Virus record (IMG/VR): IMGVR_UViG_3300006111_000003
Location: 1 to 36,450 of that record
Strand: one strand, 5' to 3'
Length of the DNA: 36,450 nt
Source of the DNA: a virus
Lineage: Duplodnaviria > Caudoviricetes
Shown here: piece by piece, positions 16,301 to 25,935 of the stretch
Layout: every line of letters starts with the position of its first letter
How positions within the stretch are numbered: the first letter of the stretch is position 1
Position numbers and translations under genes: made by a program
The notes under the pieces: generated by a model
The model's database searches: none
What the model was told of the DNA's origin: nothing
What the model saw: only the letters and a program-made list of their open reading frames with translations

Positions 16301-17541
16301 AGGTTGCTCCAGGTCTTCGGACCAACGACCCCGTCAATGGTCAGGCGGTGAGTGGCTTGGAACCAGCGCACCGCCGCCAGGGTGGCCGGGCCGAAGGCGC
16401 CGTCTTGGGCCAGGTGGAAGCCGTGGGCGTCCAGTGCCTTCTGCAGGACCGCCACGCAGTGGCCGCTTGCCCCAGCTGTGAGGTAGGTGCTGCTGCACTG
16501 GTGGATCGGGTTGGCCGCGAGTGCAGCGAGGTAGCCCTGGACCGCCGTGTAGGCAGCGTTGGTGACGGGACCCCAGGCGCCATCACAAGGTGAGACATGA
16601 AGGACGCTGCACTGGTAGCGGGCAACGGCAGCAGCAGTGGCCGGGCCATAGTCACCGTCGGGGTAGGCGCCGACGATGCGCTGGATTGTCTGCACTTCCG
16701 AGCCGCGCGACCCGAGTGAGTAAACGGCAGCCGGGAACCTGGTGGTCTTGCCGGTGTTCTTGTCGATGACCACGCCCGGAGGCTCAACAGCAGCACCCGT
16801 CTGGGCCACCCACCATGCGGGGGTGACTGCCGAAACATCGACGTTGCCGCTGATGCCTTCGATCTGACCGACGGAGGTGTATTGCCAGGCCGCCCAGCCG
16901 GACCAGCCGCCAGGTGAAGGTGAGCAGAAGGCGGCGATCCAGCTGATGGCGTCGCCGGGGATGTGGACGTAGCTGTCGCAGTAGTTGGGCAGCCAAAGCG
17001 AGGGGAAGGCGGCAGCCAGAGCAGGATCGTGGCTCCATCCGTAGTAGGCGCCGGTGTAGAGCATGGCGTGGCGACCAGTGAGGCGATAGAGCTCGTTGTT
17101 CCAGGCGATGGCCCAGGCAACAACCTCGGCGTTGCTTCGACCCGAGCTCTGCTCTAGGTCGAGGACCGGCTGCAAGGTGCCGTTCCCGGCGTTAGCGACG
17201 AAGAACTGGGCGTCGGCCACGGGGTTGTCGCTTGGCGTAGCGAAGTCGTAGCTGCCCCAGGGCCGAGCGATGGAGTTGAAGCCAGCACGCTGGGCGGTGG
17301 CGCAGGGGTTTACGTAACCGGTGCCCTCGGTCGCCTTCACGTAGCCGCCGGCGATGCCTGCCTTGGAGAGGCCGTAGTAGTCGATCTGGCACTGGTAGCC
17401 AGAGACATCCACGATCCGCAGCCACGAGGTGCTGGGGCTGCCGTCGACAGGGGCGGCGCTGGCGGTGGATGCGGTGATGCCAAGACCGGCAGCCGACAGG
17501 GCCAAGACGGCGAGGGAGGCGAGGACACGTCGGATGGTCAT
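16297..17541 (-). CDS. Endolysin: signal peptide, GH25 muramidase and two peptidoglycan-binding domains
   Basis: GH25 motifs VDVSGYQ, VKATEG, VLDLE and WQYTS...VD; PG-binding motifs DGDYGPAT, DGAFGPAT and DGVVGPKTW; N-terminal Sec-type signal ending ASA. Confidence 0.92.
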   Translation of the reverse strand: MTIRRVLASLAVLALSAAGLGITASTASAAPVDGSPSTSWLRIVDVSGYQCQIDYYGLSKAGIAGGYVKATEGTGYVNPCATAQRAGFNSIARPWGSYDFATPSDNPVADAQFFVANAGNGTLQPVLDLEQSSGRSNAEVVAWAIAWNNELYRLTGRHAMLYTGAYYGWSHDPALAAAFPSLWLPNYCDSYVHIPGDAISWIAAFCSPSPGGWSGWAAWQYTSVGQIEGISGNVDVSAVTPAWWVAQTGAAVEPPGVVIDKNTGKTTRFPAAVYSLGSRGSEVQTIQRIVGAYPDGDYGPATAAAVARYQCSVLHVSPCDGAWGPVTNAAYTAVQGYLAALAANPIHQCSSTYLTAGASGHCVAVLQKALDAHGFHLAQDGAFGPATLAAVRWFQATHRLTIDGVVGPKTWSNL

Positions 17542-17547
17542 AGCCGT

Positions 17548-17558
17548 GACGGTTGCTG
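17548..17558 (-). promoter_or_regulatory. Late-gene motif CAGCAACCGTC (representative copy)
   Basis: 6 nt before the endolysin ATG. Exact copies at 3016, 4091, 26023 and 30799; variants at 1102, 3211, 5395, 24670, 25924, 29245, 29369 and 33684. All copies I found are on the minus strand. Confidence 0.75.
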
Positions 17559-17590
17559 CCGGGTCGACGTGCCTCTATTCCAGCCCCGAG

Positions 17591-20500
17591 CTACTTGTTC
17601 TTGAGCAGCAGGTCATAAACGAGGCTCAAGAGCTGCGGAGCGTGGCTGGTGCGTGCCTCGCGGCTGATCGGGTTGCCGGCGCCATCGAGGCGAACCTCTT
17701 CCACCTGGCAGGTTACCTGGAAGCTCGAAGAGTTCGAGTCGACCAGCGAGATGGTCCGACTGGTGATCCGGCAAGGCCAGGCGACGACGCCGAGGTGGGT
17801 GTCGATCTCGACTGAGGCGAAGTCTCCGACCGAGAAGTCGGCCACTCCGAAAGGGCGACCCTTCGAGGCGTCGTAGATGATCGCGGCAGTGCGAAGCGGG
17901 GTCTGCTGGTCAGCGAGATACTCGTTGGCGAGCTCCGTGAGAGCGCTATCAGTGGTCAGGCTCGTGGCGCTGAAGGGGTTGGCGTGGCGTCCGTATTTGC
18001 GCAGTGCTTCGGTGCTTGCAACGGCCTCGCCATAAGTCGTGGTCGGGTCGGTCGGTTGGCCGCTGCTGTTCGGGGCAGCGTTCATGATGCCGCCGCCTTC
18101 GATGCGGACGACGGTCGAGAGATCGTCCCACTTGGCGGTGATCTGGTGACCGAGGCTGTTGCGTTCGGTGAAGATGAGCTCACCGATGCGGTTCACGCCC
18201 TGGGTGTTGGCGACGCAAAGCTCACGGGTTGTCGGGTCCACCCAGACCTCGAGGCCGCCGAGGGCCTGATCGGTGATCTGCTTGACAGCGGCAGAGAGCA
18301 GTTGGTTGCGCTCGAAGGCGACGGTGACCTGGTGGTCGCCCGTGGTGCGGTTGCTGAAGCCCAAGCCCAGGTTGCCGCCGGGCTTGGCTTGCTCTCGGGC
18401 CAAGAGGTCCTCTGCGATGTCGGCCTGGAAGCAGTTTAGGTAAACGAGGCGGTTCGGGTCGACCAGTGTGGCGGCCGTGCCGGTGTTGGTCAGCTCGAGC
18501 TCTCCGGTGGCGGCGTTGTAGGAGATGATGCAGGGCGCACCAGTGCCGCCTCCTGGGTTGTCGCCAATGCGGGCCGGGAACTCGATGGCTGCGTGAGCCA
18601 GCAAGGCCTCGAGCAGTCCCATGGCGGTCACCTCGTAGGTGGCCGTGTCGGTGGCATAGGTGGACTCGCTAATGGTGCCGATGGCAAGGCACTGGTCACC
18701 GAGGTAGATGGCGACTTCGATTGCAGCGGGCTCGACAAGGTCCAGCGGGCTGTCCACCACGTCAGTCAGGCGAGCTGCTCGACGGGCGATCTCTTCGGCT
18801 CCGGCGGTGAGCGAGATCTGTCCGGACCCTCCGAGGGTCTCGGTGATCGAGAGCGCTGCGATCTCGGTGACGATGGTAAGAGGCGTAACTTCGCCGCTCA
18901 GGTGGTCGACCGTCTGGAGCACAGCGGTGAGACGCGTCGAGGAGACGATGCCCCGCACCGTGATGGCAGGACCTGCGCCAACTGCGTTGCGTGCCCGAAG
19001 CTGGAAGGCGTAGCTGCCCCGAAAGCCGGAGCTCGGGGAGAAGGTGACCGAGGCAGTCGTGCTGTTCGACGGGTAGCTGACGCCGAGCGTGCCAATGCCA
19101 TCGAGGCTGAGTGACTGGTCCCAACTGCTGGAGTTGAGAGCGGCGATCTCGAAGGTGTCGTGGGGGCTCGAGGCGTTTTGGTCGCTGGTAACGAAGGTGC
19201 CGACGATGGCCTGGTCTCCAGGCTCACCGTGAGGCATGGTGCTCGGCCAGGGAGCGCTCGGCGTCGTCGGTGTGTAGCCGACCACTCCGGTCAAGATCGA
19301 GGTGGCACCAAGGACGGGGAAGTTCGTGGTCGAGCGGTTGACGGCACGGGCCCAGATGGCGAACTTGCCGTGGAAGTAGGAGGGCGGGCTGATGCTCAGG
19401 TGACGGCGAAGCTTCGAGCCGCTTGTGCTCGCTGAGACCAGAACGGTGACGAAGGCGGCGCCGTCCATCTCTGGGCTTGGGGTAACGGGAACCTGAAGTT
19501 CGACAACTCCGCCAGTCGTCGGGTTATAGGTGCTCGAGCTGATGAGGTTCGTCAGGTCGACGCGGAACGAGGAGCCGGACGGAGTGCAGGCACCGACCTC
19601 GAGGTCCCAGCGACCCGAGCCACCGCTCGTGTAGGTGGCATCGTCCCACTCGAGGTCAAGTTCAACGGTGGAGTTCTCACTAATCGGAGGCAGGTCGGTA
19701 GTGGAGCCGTTGCCGACGACGAAGGGTGAGCTCGGGCCCGGAGGGGTAGTGATCTTGACCGTGAACTGACGCCAAGCTGACCAGTTCTGGGTGCCGGTCT
19801 CGTTGATGGCCACCCAGAACGTGAAGGTGCCAAGTGCCAAGCCACTCGAGGTCACAGCGACATGACCAGCGTTGTCGATCGAGATCGATCCAGCAGCACC
19901 GTTTGGTCCGAGCTCGAGCATGCTGAGCGGGCTCGAGTAGGTCGGGTCGTTGGTGGTCGAGAGGGCCCACGTCAGGTTGGTCGTGTTCGGATCGGTGGTC
20001 TGGAGGGTGGCCAGAACCGTGTTGCCCACATAGCAGGGAGGAATGTTGCCGATCGGTGCAGTCGGGTAGGCGCCGACGGTCGGCGTGCCGCTCCCGGCTC
20101 CGCCGATGCCGTCGAAGGTGCCGATCTCGAGGGTGCGGTCGATGGACCCGATCCAGAAGATCTCGGTGGCGACCGCTTCGGGAACCGACTGGGGATGCCC
20201 GGAGTTGTCCCAGGTGACCGTGCCCAGTCCGGTGCCGGCGATGACGCCGGTCGAGCCGCTCATGGAGATCGACATTGTCGTGGTCCACGATCCGGAGGTG
20301 TTGGCACTCGACGCGCTGGCGATGAAGCTCACCCCGGTGGGAATGCTGGTGCCAAAGACCGATGGAGTGCCCAACCCGTAGGTGGTGTTGGTGGATCCGA
20401 TGATGACGGGATTGCCGCTGCCGACGAAGTCCACGGCCTTGGGGTCGATGGAGATGACGTTGGAGTCGGCATAGGTGATGATGTCGGTGGCGACGCCCGC

Positions 20501-21649
20501 CTGCAGGTCAGCGGTCTTGTATTTGACGAGTGCGGAGACGCCGCCTCCACCACCGTTTATGTGCGCAAGGCCGCTCACGGTAGCTACTGCAGTAAAGGTC
20601 TGTTGAAGGGTTGGGGCGGCAACCCAGAGGGTGCTCGTAGCGGCGTCGAAGCCCATCGGGTGCTTAGTCCACTGGATTTCCCCTGCTGCCTCTGGTGGGA
20701 CGACCTCGCCCATGAGCGCTCCGGTCTCGCCGTTGAGCATGAAGATGCGGGTGCCGACCGTCCAGCCCTTTTGAAAGTGGAGCGGGTAGTCGTAGTTGCT
20801 GGCCTGCCCAGCAAAGGCATCGTTCGGCGCGCCACCAATGTCAAAGATGCTCACCGGGTCTTGAAAGACGAACTCCTCGTGGCCGTCCTGGCCGTGCCAG
20901 CCGATGGTCAGAGAGATGAAGACACTGTCGTTCTTGGCGATGAGACCGTTCGCTGAGATGTAGCGGGTGATCGAGCTGTCCACATCTTCGAGCTCGGTTG
21001 AGCTGCCTGCCTTGAGCCACTGCGGAATCTTGGGGGTGCCGGCATTGGTGAGGCCGGTGTCGGTGAAGCTGAGTGGAACGGCTGAAGTTGCACCGACCTT
21101 CCACCAGTAAACGGTGATCTGTGGCGCCGGGTAGTAGCCCTCGATGAGCGCGTAGCCCGTGCCGTTGGTCACAGCGACGTGGGTCAGATTGAACGTGTAG
21201 TCGGAAAGGAAGTTGACCGAAAGGTCGAGGGTGGTGCGCGCCGACCAAACGCCGTCGGTGGAGAGCAGGTGGACTTGGACGGCGTTGGGGTTGATCGGGG
21301 CCAGGTAGCCACCGGAGCTCTTCATCGTGACGTCGGTGTCCGGGAAGGCCAAGAGGTCGAAGCCCAAGACCAGCCAGCCTCGCTCATCGGTGGCCAGCTT
21401 TATGTAGTTGACGTCGAACGACGGGGCCTCGATCGTCGCTGCGGTGACGCCGGTGCCCTCGTTGTCGAAGAGGACTGCTGCCAGGGTCTTGCCCGAGCTG
21501 TTGCCGGGAATGGAGAGACCGTTGACCTCGAAGCTCGGACCGCTGAAGCCGAAGACGACCCAGGTCTGGCCGTTGATGCCTGCGACGGCGCCGGCAACGC
21601 CGTCGGTGATCGTGTAGCCGGTGAGGAACGGAGTTGCTGGCGTGCTCAC
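17591..21649 (-). CDS. Large tail-tip protein (1352 aa): about 900-aa beta-rich N-terminus and a C-terminal Tal/baseplate-hub-like domain
   Basis: GTGA overlap with the Dit stop places the start at 21649. The C-terminal ~450 aa carries hub-like motifs (SITETLGGSGQISL, KYGR, DFSVGD). Confidence 0.8.
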   Translation of the reverse strand: MSTPATPFLTGYTITDGVAGAVAGINGQTWVVFGFSGPSFEVNGLSIPGNSSGKTLAAVLFDNEGTGVTAATIEAPSFDVNYIKLATDERGWLVLGFDLLAFPDTDVTMKSSGGYLAPINPNAVQVHLLSTDGVWSARTTLDLSVNFLSDYTFNLTHVAVTNGTGYALIEGYYPAPQITVYWWKVGATSAVPLSFTDTGLTNAGTPKIPQWLKAGSSTELEDVDSSITRYISANGLIAKNDSVFISLTIGWHGQDGHEEFVFQDPVSIFDIGGAPNDAFAGQASNYDYPLHFQKGWTVGTRIFMLNGETGALMGEVVPPEAAGEIQWTKHPMGFDAATSTLWVAAPTLQQTFTAVATVSGLAHINGGGGGVSALVKYKTADLQAGVATDIITYADSNVISIDPKAVDFVGSGNPVIIGSTNTTYGLGTPSVFGTSIPTGVSFIASASSANTSGSWTTTMSISMSGSTGVIAGTGLGTVTWDNSGHPQSVPEAVATEIFWIGSIDRTLEIGTFDGIGGAGSGTPTVGAYPTAPIGNIPPCYVGNTVLATLQTTDPNTTNLTWALSTTNDPTYSSPLSMLELGPNGAAGSISIDNAGHVAVTSSGLALGTFTFWVAINETGTQNWSAWRQFTVKITTPPGPSSPFVVGNGSTTDLPPISENSTVELDLEWDDATYTSGGSGRWDLEVGACTPSGSSFRVDLTNLISSSTYNPTTGGVVELQVPVTPSPEMDGAAFVTVLVSASTSGSKLRRHLSISPPSYFHGKFAIWARAVNRSTTNFPVLGATSILTGVVGYTPTTPSAPWPSTMPHGEPGDQAIVGTFVTSDQNASSPHDTFEIAALNSSSWDQSLSLDGIGTLGVSYPSNSTTASVTFSPSSGFRGSYAFQLRARNAVGAGPAITVRGIVSSTRLTAVLQTVDHLSGEVTPLTIVTEIAALSITETLGGSGQISLTAGAEEIARRAARLTDVVDSPLDLVEPAAIEVAIYLGDQCLAIGTISESTYATDTATYEVTAMGLLEALLAHAAIEFPARIGDNPGGGTGAPCIISYNAATGELELTNTGTAATLVDPNRLVYLNCFQADIAEDLLAREQAKPGGNLGLGFSNRTTGDHQVTVAFERNQLLSAAVKQITDQALGGLEVWVDPTTRELCVANTQGVNRIGELIFTERNSLGHQITAKWDDLSTVVRIEGGGIMNAAPNSSGQPTDPTTTYGEAVASTEALRKYGRHANPFSATSLTTDSALTELANEYLADQQTPLRTAAIIYDASKGRPFGVADFSVGDFASVEIDTHLGVVAWPCRITSRTISLVDSNSSSFQVTCQVEEVRLDGAGNPISREARTSHAPQLLSLVYDLLLKNK

Positions 21650-22467
21650 AGTGACCAGCCGTCGTTCCAGGTGACCGCTGCAACGCTGACCAATCCGGCC
21701 GAGCTCGTCGTGGCCGAAATGGTGTTGGCGCCAGGCATGATCGTGGGCCACGCAGAACCAGGCACGCGGTGGCGCATGGCTCGGGTAGTGCCGTTGATGA
21801 GGATGTCTTCGTAGCCCGGCTTGCAGCTGATGGCGATCGAGCAGTCCGAGGTGATGCCGAGTCCGGTGAGGTTGAGAGTGTCGGTTTGTCCGTTCGGGTG
21901 CGTGATCGAGAGAGCGATGTCGTCAACCGTTCCGGTGGCGGTCAGGGTGATGTCGGGATAGACCGGCACGTTGCCCGCACCGACGAGCGTGCCGCCGCTG
22001 GTGCTGCTGATCTGGGTGGCGGTGGCGTAGGGGCTCCCAGACACGAACGAGATGTCGAAGGGGATCTCGAGGGCACTGGTCTGCTGCGGGTTGATCTCGG
22101 TGACGACGCCAAGCATCTCGAGAAGAGGCGAGCTACTCGAAGGCTGGAAGCGGATCGAGACGAAGCCGCCGCCGGGATCGCCACAGACATTGAGCAGCTG
22201 CTGCCAGAGGGCGTTGGCGTCTTCGATGCTCGAGCCGAAGACGGCACCAGAGACGGTGATGTCACGGAGATCAGCATGCGACGCGGCGACGATGCCCCCA
22301 GCGAAGAAGGGGAGCTTCTGGCGGCGAACGGTGATCGGCGCCGGCTTGAAGAGCAGGTTGGTTGCCACGTAGCCCGAGGCGTGTCCGGTGTTGGGGTCGA
22401 TGTCCCACTGACCGAGCTCGACGGAGCTGCCGTCTGGGGCAACGAGGGTGATGTTGGAGAGAATCAT
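21646..22467 (-). CDS. Distal tail protein (Dit)
   Basis: Follows the tape measure; RDITVSG, GSPYA, GNVPVYPDI, PGANTI and terminal W..GW motifs. Confidence 0.85.
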   Translation of the reverse strand: MILSNITLVAPDGSSVELGQWDIDPNTGHASGYVATNLLFKPAPITVRRQKLPFFAGGIVAASHADLRDITVSGAVFGSSIEDANALWQQLLNVCGDPGGGFVSIRFQPSSSSPLLEMLGVVTEINPQQTSALEIPFDISFVSGSPYATATQISSTSGGTLVGAGNVPVYPDITLTATGTVDDIALSITHPNGQTDTLNLTGLGITSDCSIAISCKPGYEDILINGTTRAMRHRVPGSAWPTIMPGANTISATTSSAGLVSVAAVTWNDGWSL

Positions 22468-24575
22468 GCAGGCACCCGCTGGGTTCGGAGGATCTTCGCT
22501 GCCGTGGAACGGTTGGTGCGGTCGAGCTCCTTGGCAAGCGTCGCCTCGTCTCGGACGCCGCCTTCGACGGTGATGTTGAAGACGGGTGCGTAGTGGATAG
22601 TGGATCCCCCGCCCACCGCAGCGGCGTAGCCCGCGCGCTTCGAGTGAGGCACGACGTCCTCTGGCTCGCCGCCTTCTGCAAGCCGCACGAGCGTGCCGTT
22701 CGGATAGACCGTGGCGCCGGTCGCAGCTCCGGGAACGCCACCGCTGCCGTTGCCGAAGAGAGATTGCCCGATGCGGCCGCCGGCGATGATGGCCGTCGAA
22801 AAGAGTGCGGCGGGGATTACTGCCTCGGGTCCGCCGAACCGGTAGGCGAGAGCCGTCACCCCAGCGATGGTCTCGGCGCCAGACTTCAGGTCGATGTTCT
22901 TGCCGGACGCGATGTCGTTCCAGATGCCCGTGCCGCCTTGGTAGAGGGAGTAGGCGCCAAGAGCTGCCACGCCGTTCTTGGCGAGACCACCGAAGCGGCC
23001 TAGCCCACCCATGCCGGCTGAGGCGGCGCTGTTCTCGACCTTTGCGGCCGTGTTGGCTTCGATGGCGGGGATTGCCGCCGCATCTGCGGCAGCGAGTTCT
23101 CCTTCTGCGGCGGCAGCTCCGGCGGCAGCGCTGACGCCTGCTGAGTTGGCGGCATCGAGCTCGGCCTGGGCAGCGGCTGCCTGTTGGCTAGCGGCGGCTG
23201 AGCGCTCCTTGGCGGCGGCGTTCGTGTCCTCGGCTCCAGCTGCGGTCGTGGCCGCTTCGGTGTTGAGGCCGAGCAGACGGGTGAAGGACTTCATGAGGTC
23301 ACTGGCGGCAGAGACGCCGTTCTTGACGGCCGAGATCGCATTGCCCAGCTTCGTGAGGCCGAAGGCCGCTCCGGCACTCCAGAGGATGGTGCCCTGGAGC
23401 CACTTGGGGGCGTCGTTGAAGGTCTGCATCATCGTGTCGAGGGGCTTGAGCACCTGGAGGAGGATTGGTAGGAGCTGGTTGCCGAGCTGTTCCTCGAACT
23501 TGGCGAACTCCGCCCGGGTCTTAGCCAGCTTCTCGGCAGGGTCGCCGGCGTGCTTCGAGAAGTAGTCGTTGTAGGTGTTGGTCTGGCGGAGGATGAGGGC
23601 GTAGGCGGCTTGCGAGCGCTGGGCCTGCGTGAGCTTCGGGATCTTGCCTGCGAGCGCAGCCTGGTAGTCGGCTTCGTTCTTGGTCAGCTGGTCTTGGATC
23701 GTCTTGGCCTGGATCGAGTCGACGCCATACTTCTTCTGGGCAGCGCCGAGGCGCTCCTGGAGTGCGACGTGCTTGTCCCAGATGAGGTTCGCCTTCGTTG
23801 CGTCGCCGGTGACATGGATCAGACCGAGGCGAAGGGCCTCTTGCTGCAAGGCGGCCTCGTTGATCGAGACGCCGTAGCGCTTGAGAGCGCGCGAGGGTCC
23901 ACCGGCGAGAGCCGTGGTCATCGTGTTCAGGATCTCCTGCTGGTCCCCGCCAGTAGCGATGGCGATGTCCTGCGAGCGCTTGAGGAGGGACTGCGAGATC
24001 TGAGCGGCCTGCGCGTTGTTGGCACCCAAGATGGTCTTCGAGACTTGGCCGAGCTGGTTGAGCTGCTGAAGGGCCTCGGCAGGGGCGATGCCGATGCTCG
24101 TCGCCTGGTCCTCAGCGAACTTCTTCACATCCTCGCTGGCCTTGCCGAAGATGAGGTTTGAAGCGCCCATGAACTGCTGCATGGCCATGGCTGACTTGAC
24201 GCCCGAGTAAGCGACGAAGCCAGAGCCGAGGCCCATGAGGCTGGAGAGCGCGCCGTGTGCCTTGCCGACCGATGCGAGAGCGGCATCGTTGGATGCGATG
24301 ACCTTCTCCGTCGAGGCTGCCGTGGTGGCCTGCACCTTGGCGGCGCCAGCAGTAGCAGCGGCACTTGATGCCTTCGCTGCCTCGGTGGAGGCCGCGGTCA
24401 TCTTCTCGGTCATGGCCGTTGCGGTGGCGTCTATGCCAGGAACGGTCCCGGCTTCGAACTCCGCACCGAAGGAGGTGCCGGCGACCCGACCCTGCTCTGC
24501 AACGATCTTGTCGAGGGCGGCGGTGTCGAGCTCGGGGCGGATCTTGAGGACCGCGCTCATGAGGCTCTCTGACAC
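22464..24575 (-). CDS. Tape measure protein (703 aa)
   Basis: Ala-rich helical protein after the tail chaperones; C-terminal ATGA...LAEGGEPEDVVP. Confidence 0.9.
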   Translation of the reverse strand: MSESLMSAVLKIRPELDTAALDKIVAEQGRVAGTSFGAEFEAGTVPGIDATATAMTEKMTAASTEAAKASSAAATAGAAKVQATTAASTEKVIASNDAALASVGKAHGALSSLMGLGSGFVAYSGVKSAMAMQQFMGASNLIFGKASEDVKKFAEDQATSIGIAPAEALQQLNQLGQVSKTILGANNAQAAQISQSLLKRSQDIAIATGGDQQEILNTMTTALAGGPSRALKRYGVSINEAALQQEALRLGLIHVTGDATKANLIWDKHVALQERLGAAQKKYGVDSIQAKTIQDQLTKNEADYQAALAGKIPKLTQAQRSQAAYALILRQTNTYNDYFSKHAGDPAEKLAKTRAEFAKFEEQLGNQLLPILLQVLKPLDTMMQTFNDAPKWLQGTILWSAGAAFGLTKLGNAISAVKNGVSAASDLMKSFTRLLGLNTEAATTAAGAEDTNAAAKERSAAASQQAAAAQAELDAANSAGVSAAAGAAAAEGELAAADAAAIPAIEANTAAKVENSAASAGMGGLGRFGGLAKNGVAALGAYSLYQGGTGIWNDIASGKNIDLKSGAETIAGVTALAYRFGGPEAVIPAALFSTAIIAGGRIGQSLFGNGSGGVPGAATGATVYPNGTLVRLAEGGEPEDVVPHSKRAGYAAAVGGGSTIHYAPVFNITVEGGVRDEATLAKELDRTNRSTAAKILRTQRVPA

Positions 24576-24579
24576 GTTG

Positions 24580-24873
24580 CTACTCCTCTACGATCGTCAC
24601 GCGGCCCCGGTGGCGGCGCAGGCCGCTGAGAAGCTCCTCGCGGGACTTCTGTCGGCTCATCTCCTGTTCGACAGTTGCTGAGTGCCAGAAGGCTCGGACC
24701 TTGGCCTCGTCGCTCAAGCCGGCGACAAGCTCGACAAGCTCGACGGCGTTCATCGAGAGCGCCTCTGCCTTGCTCACGCCATATTCACGACGGAGATCAG
24801 CCCGAGCTAGCGCTGGCCAGCTCACGTAGATGGCTACGACTCTGAGGGCGAACCAGAGACACCATCCGGCATA
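24580..24873 (-). CDS. Tail assembly chaperone, -1 frameshift extension (gpT-like)
   Basis: The -1 frame from the slippery site (YAGWCLWFALRVVAIYVSWPALARADLRREYG...) is open to the stop at 24580. Confidence 0.8.
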   Translation of the reverse strand, partial: YAGWCLWFALRVVAIYVSWPALARADLRREYGVSKAEALSMNAVELVELVAGLSDEAKVRAFWHSATVEQEMSRQKSREELLSGLRRHRGRVTIVEE

Positions 24874-25298
24874 AAAGGGCTATCGTCCGCCGGCTCCTCT
24901 TCGGGGCGTGCCTCTTGGAAGCCGAGCGAGCGAAGCGCCTGGTTGCAGAACGCCATGAAGCCCTCGGTTGAGACGGTGGGGTCTTGAGCGATGCCGAGGA
25001 CAACGTCTGCACCGAAGACCAGGCCTGCGAGCTCCACGACGGCAGTCACGTCGCCAGTGGTGAGGCGCTTGGCAATGTTGTCGAGCTGGCCAGCGGTGAG
25101 GCTCCGATAGATCTTGACGAGCTCGTTGGCGCTCAGCGCTGTCGGGATGTCGTAGATCCTGGGGACCCGGTTGCCTGCGTCATCAAGTCGATATACGAGG
25201 CGGGTGCCGGTCTCGTCGTTGACGATCTCGTGCTCCCAGCCGATCTCGACCCGCTCGGTGAGCTGGGTGGGGACCTCGTTGGTGTTGAAGCTCTTCAT
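24834..25298 (-). CDS. Tail assembly chaperone (gpG-like)
   Basis: Lies between tail tube and tape measure; GGAGG RBS; slippery site near the 3' end. Confidence 0.85.
   Translation of the reverse strand: MKSFNTNEVPTQLTERVEIGWEHEIVNDETGTRLVYRLDDAGNRVPRIYDIPTALSANELVKIYRSLTAGQLDNIAKRLTTGDVTAVVELAGLVFGADVVLGIAQDPTVSTEGFMAFCNQALRSLGFQEARPEEEPADDSPFMPDGVSGSPSES
24873..24879 (-). other. Programmed -1 ribosomal frameshift site C CCT TTT
   Basis: X XXY YYZ heptamer correctly phased in the chaperone frame; a -1 shift enters the 24580..24825 frame. Confidence 0.85.
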
Positions 25299-25324
25299 CT
25301 GTCCTCCGCGTGGACTTGGTGGGG

Positions 25325-25894
25325 TTAGGCGCTGGGCTTGGTCACGAAGATCTCGTAGCCACCGACCGGGCCGGCAGCCGAGGGAGTGAGGATCTCGAAC
25401 TCGACGGCAACCTCGGAATATTTGTCAGTGGCGAAGCTGAGGGTCTGGGCGGCGTTGTAGATAACGCGCTCGGCAACCAAGAGGAGCTTCTCGCCAGCAG
25501 GCCAAGCGCCAACCATGGCGAGGCTGAACTTCGGAGCCGGGCCGATGCCCGAGGGGGTGACGGTGGTGAAGGTCGAAGCCGAGGCGTCGGCGGTGCCACG
25601 CACGAGGTCCTCGAGGCGAGTCACGTCGACCTCACGGAGGGTCGTCTTGATGGTGGTCGAGATGGCCGAGATGGCGGCGTCGATGGTGCGAGCCTGCTGC
25701 TGGCTGGTGGCCTTGACCCAGGTGGGGGTGTCCACGAGGTCCACGCCTGCGGTGGTCTCGCCAACCGAGGTCCAACCGCTGACGGTGCCGGCGAGAAGGC
25801 CGGAGATGTCAGCGGCGGCCGGGAGGGCAGTGCCGTAGGGGGCGACGAAGATGTGGCCGGGGCCCTGGATCAGGTTGTCGGCAGAAGTGCTCAC
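25325..25894 (-). CDS. Major tail (tube) protein
   Basis: GPGHIFVAPYGT...WTSVGETTAGV; AAGGAG RBS; synteny. Confidence 0.88.
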   Translation of the reverse strand: MSTSADNLIQGPGHIFVAPYGTALPAAADISGLLAGTVSGWTSVGETTAGVDLVDTPTWVKATSQQQARTIDAAISAISTTIKTTLREVDVTRLEDLVRGTADASASTFTTVTPSGIGPAPKFSLAMVGAWPAGEKLLLVAERVIYNAAQTLSFATDKYSEVAVEFEILTPSAAGPVGGYEIFVTKPSA

Positions 25895-25935
25895 AGGAAA
25901 GCTCCTTGATCGGTGTTGGTGTTGACAGTTGCTGG

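Noticed and set aside
23020-23260. Ala-rich low-complexity stretch as a repeat element
   Set aside because: It is ordinary tape measure coding sequence.
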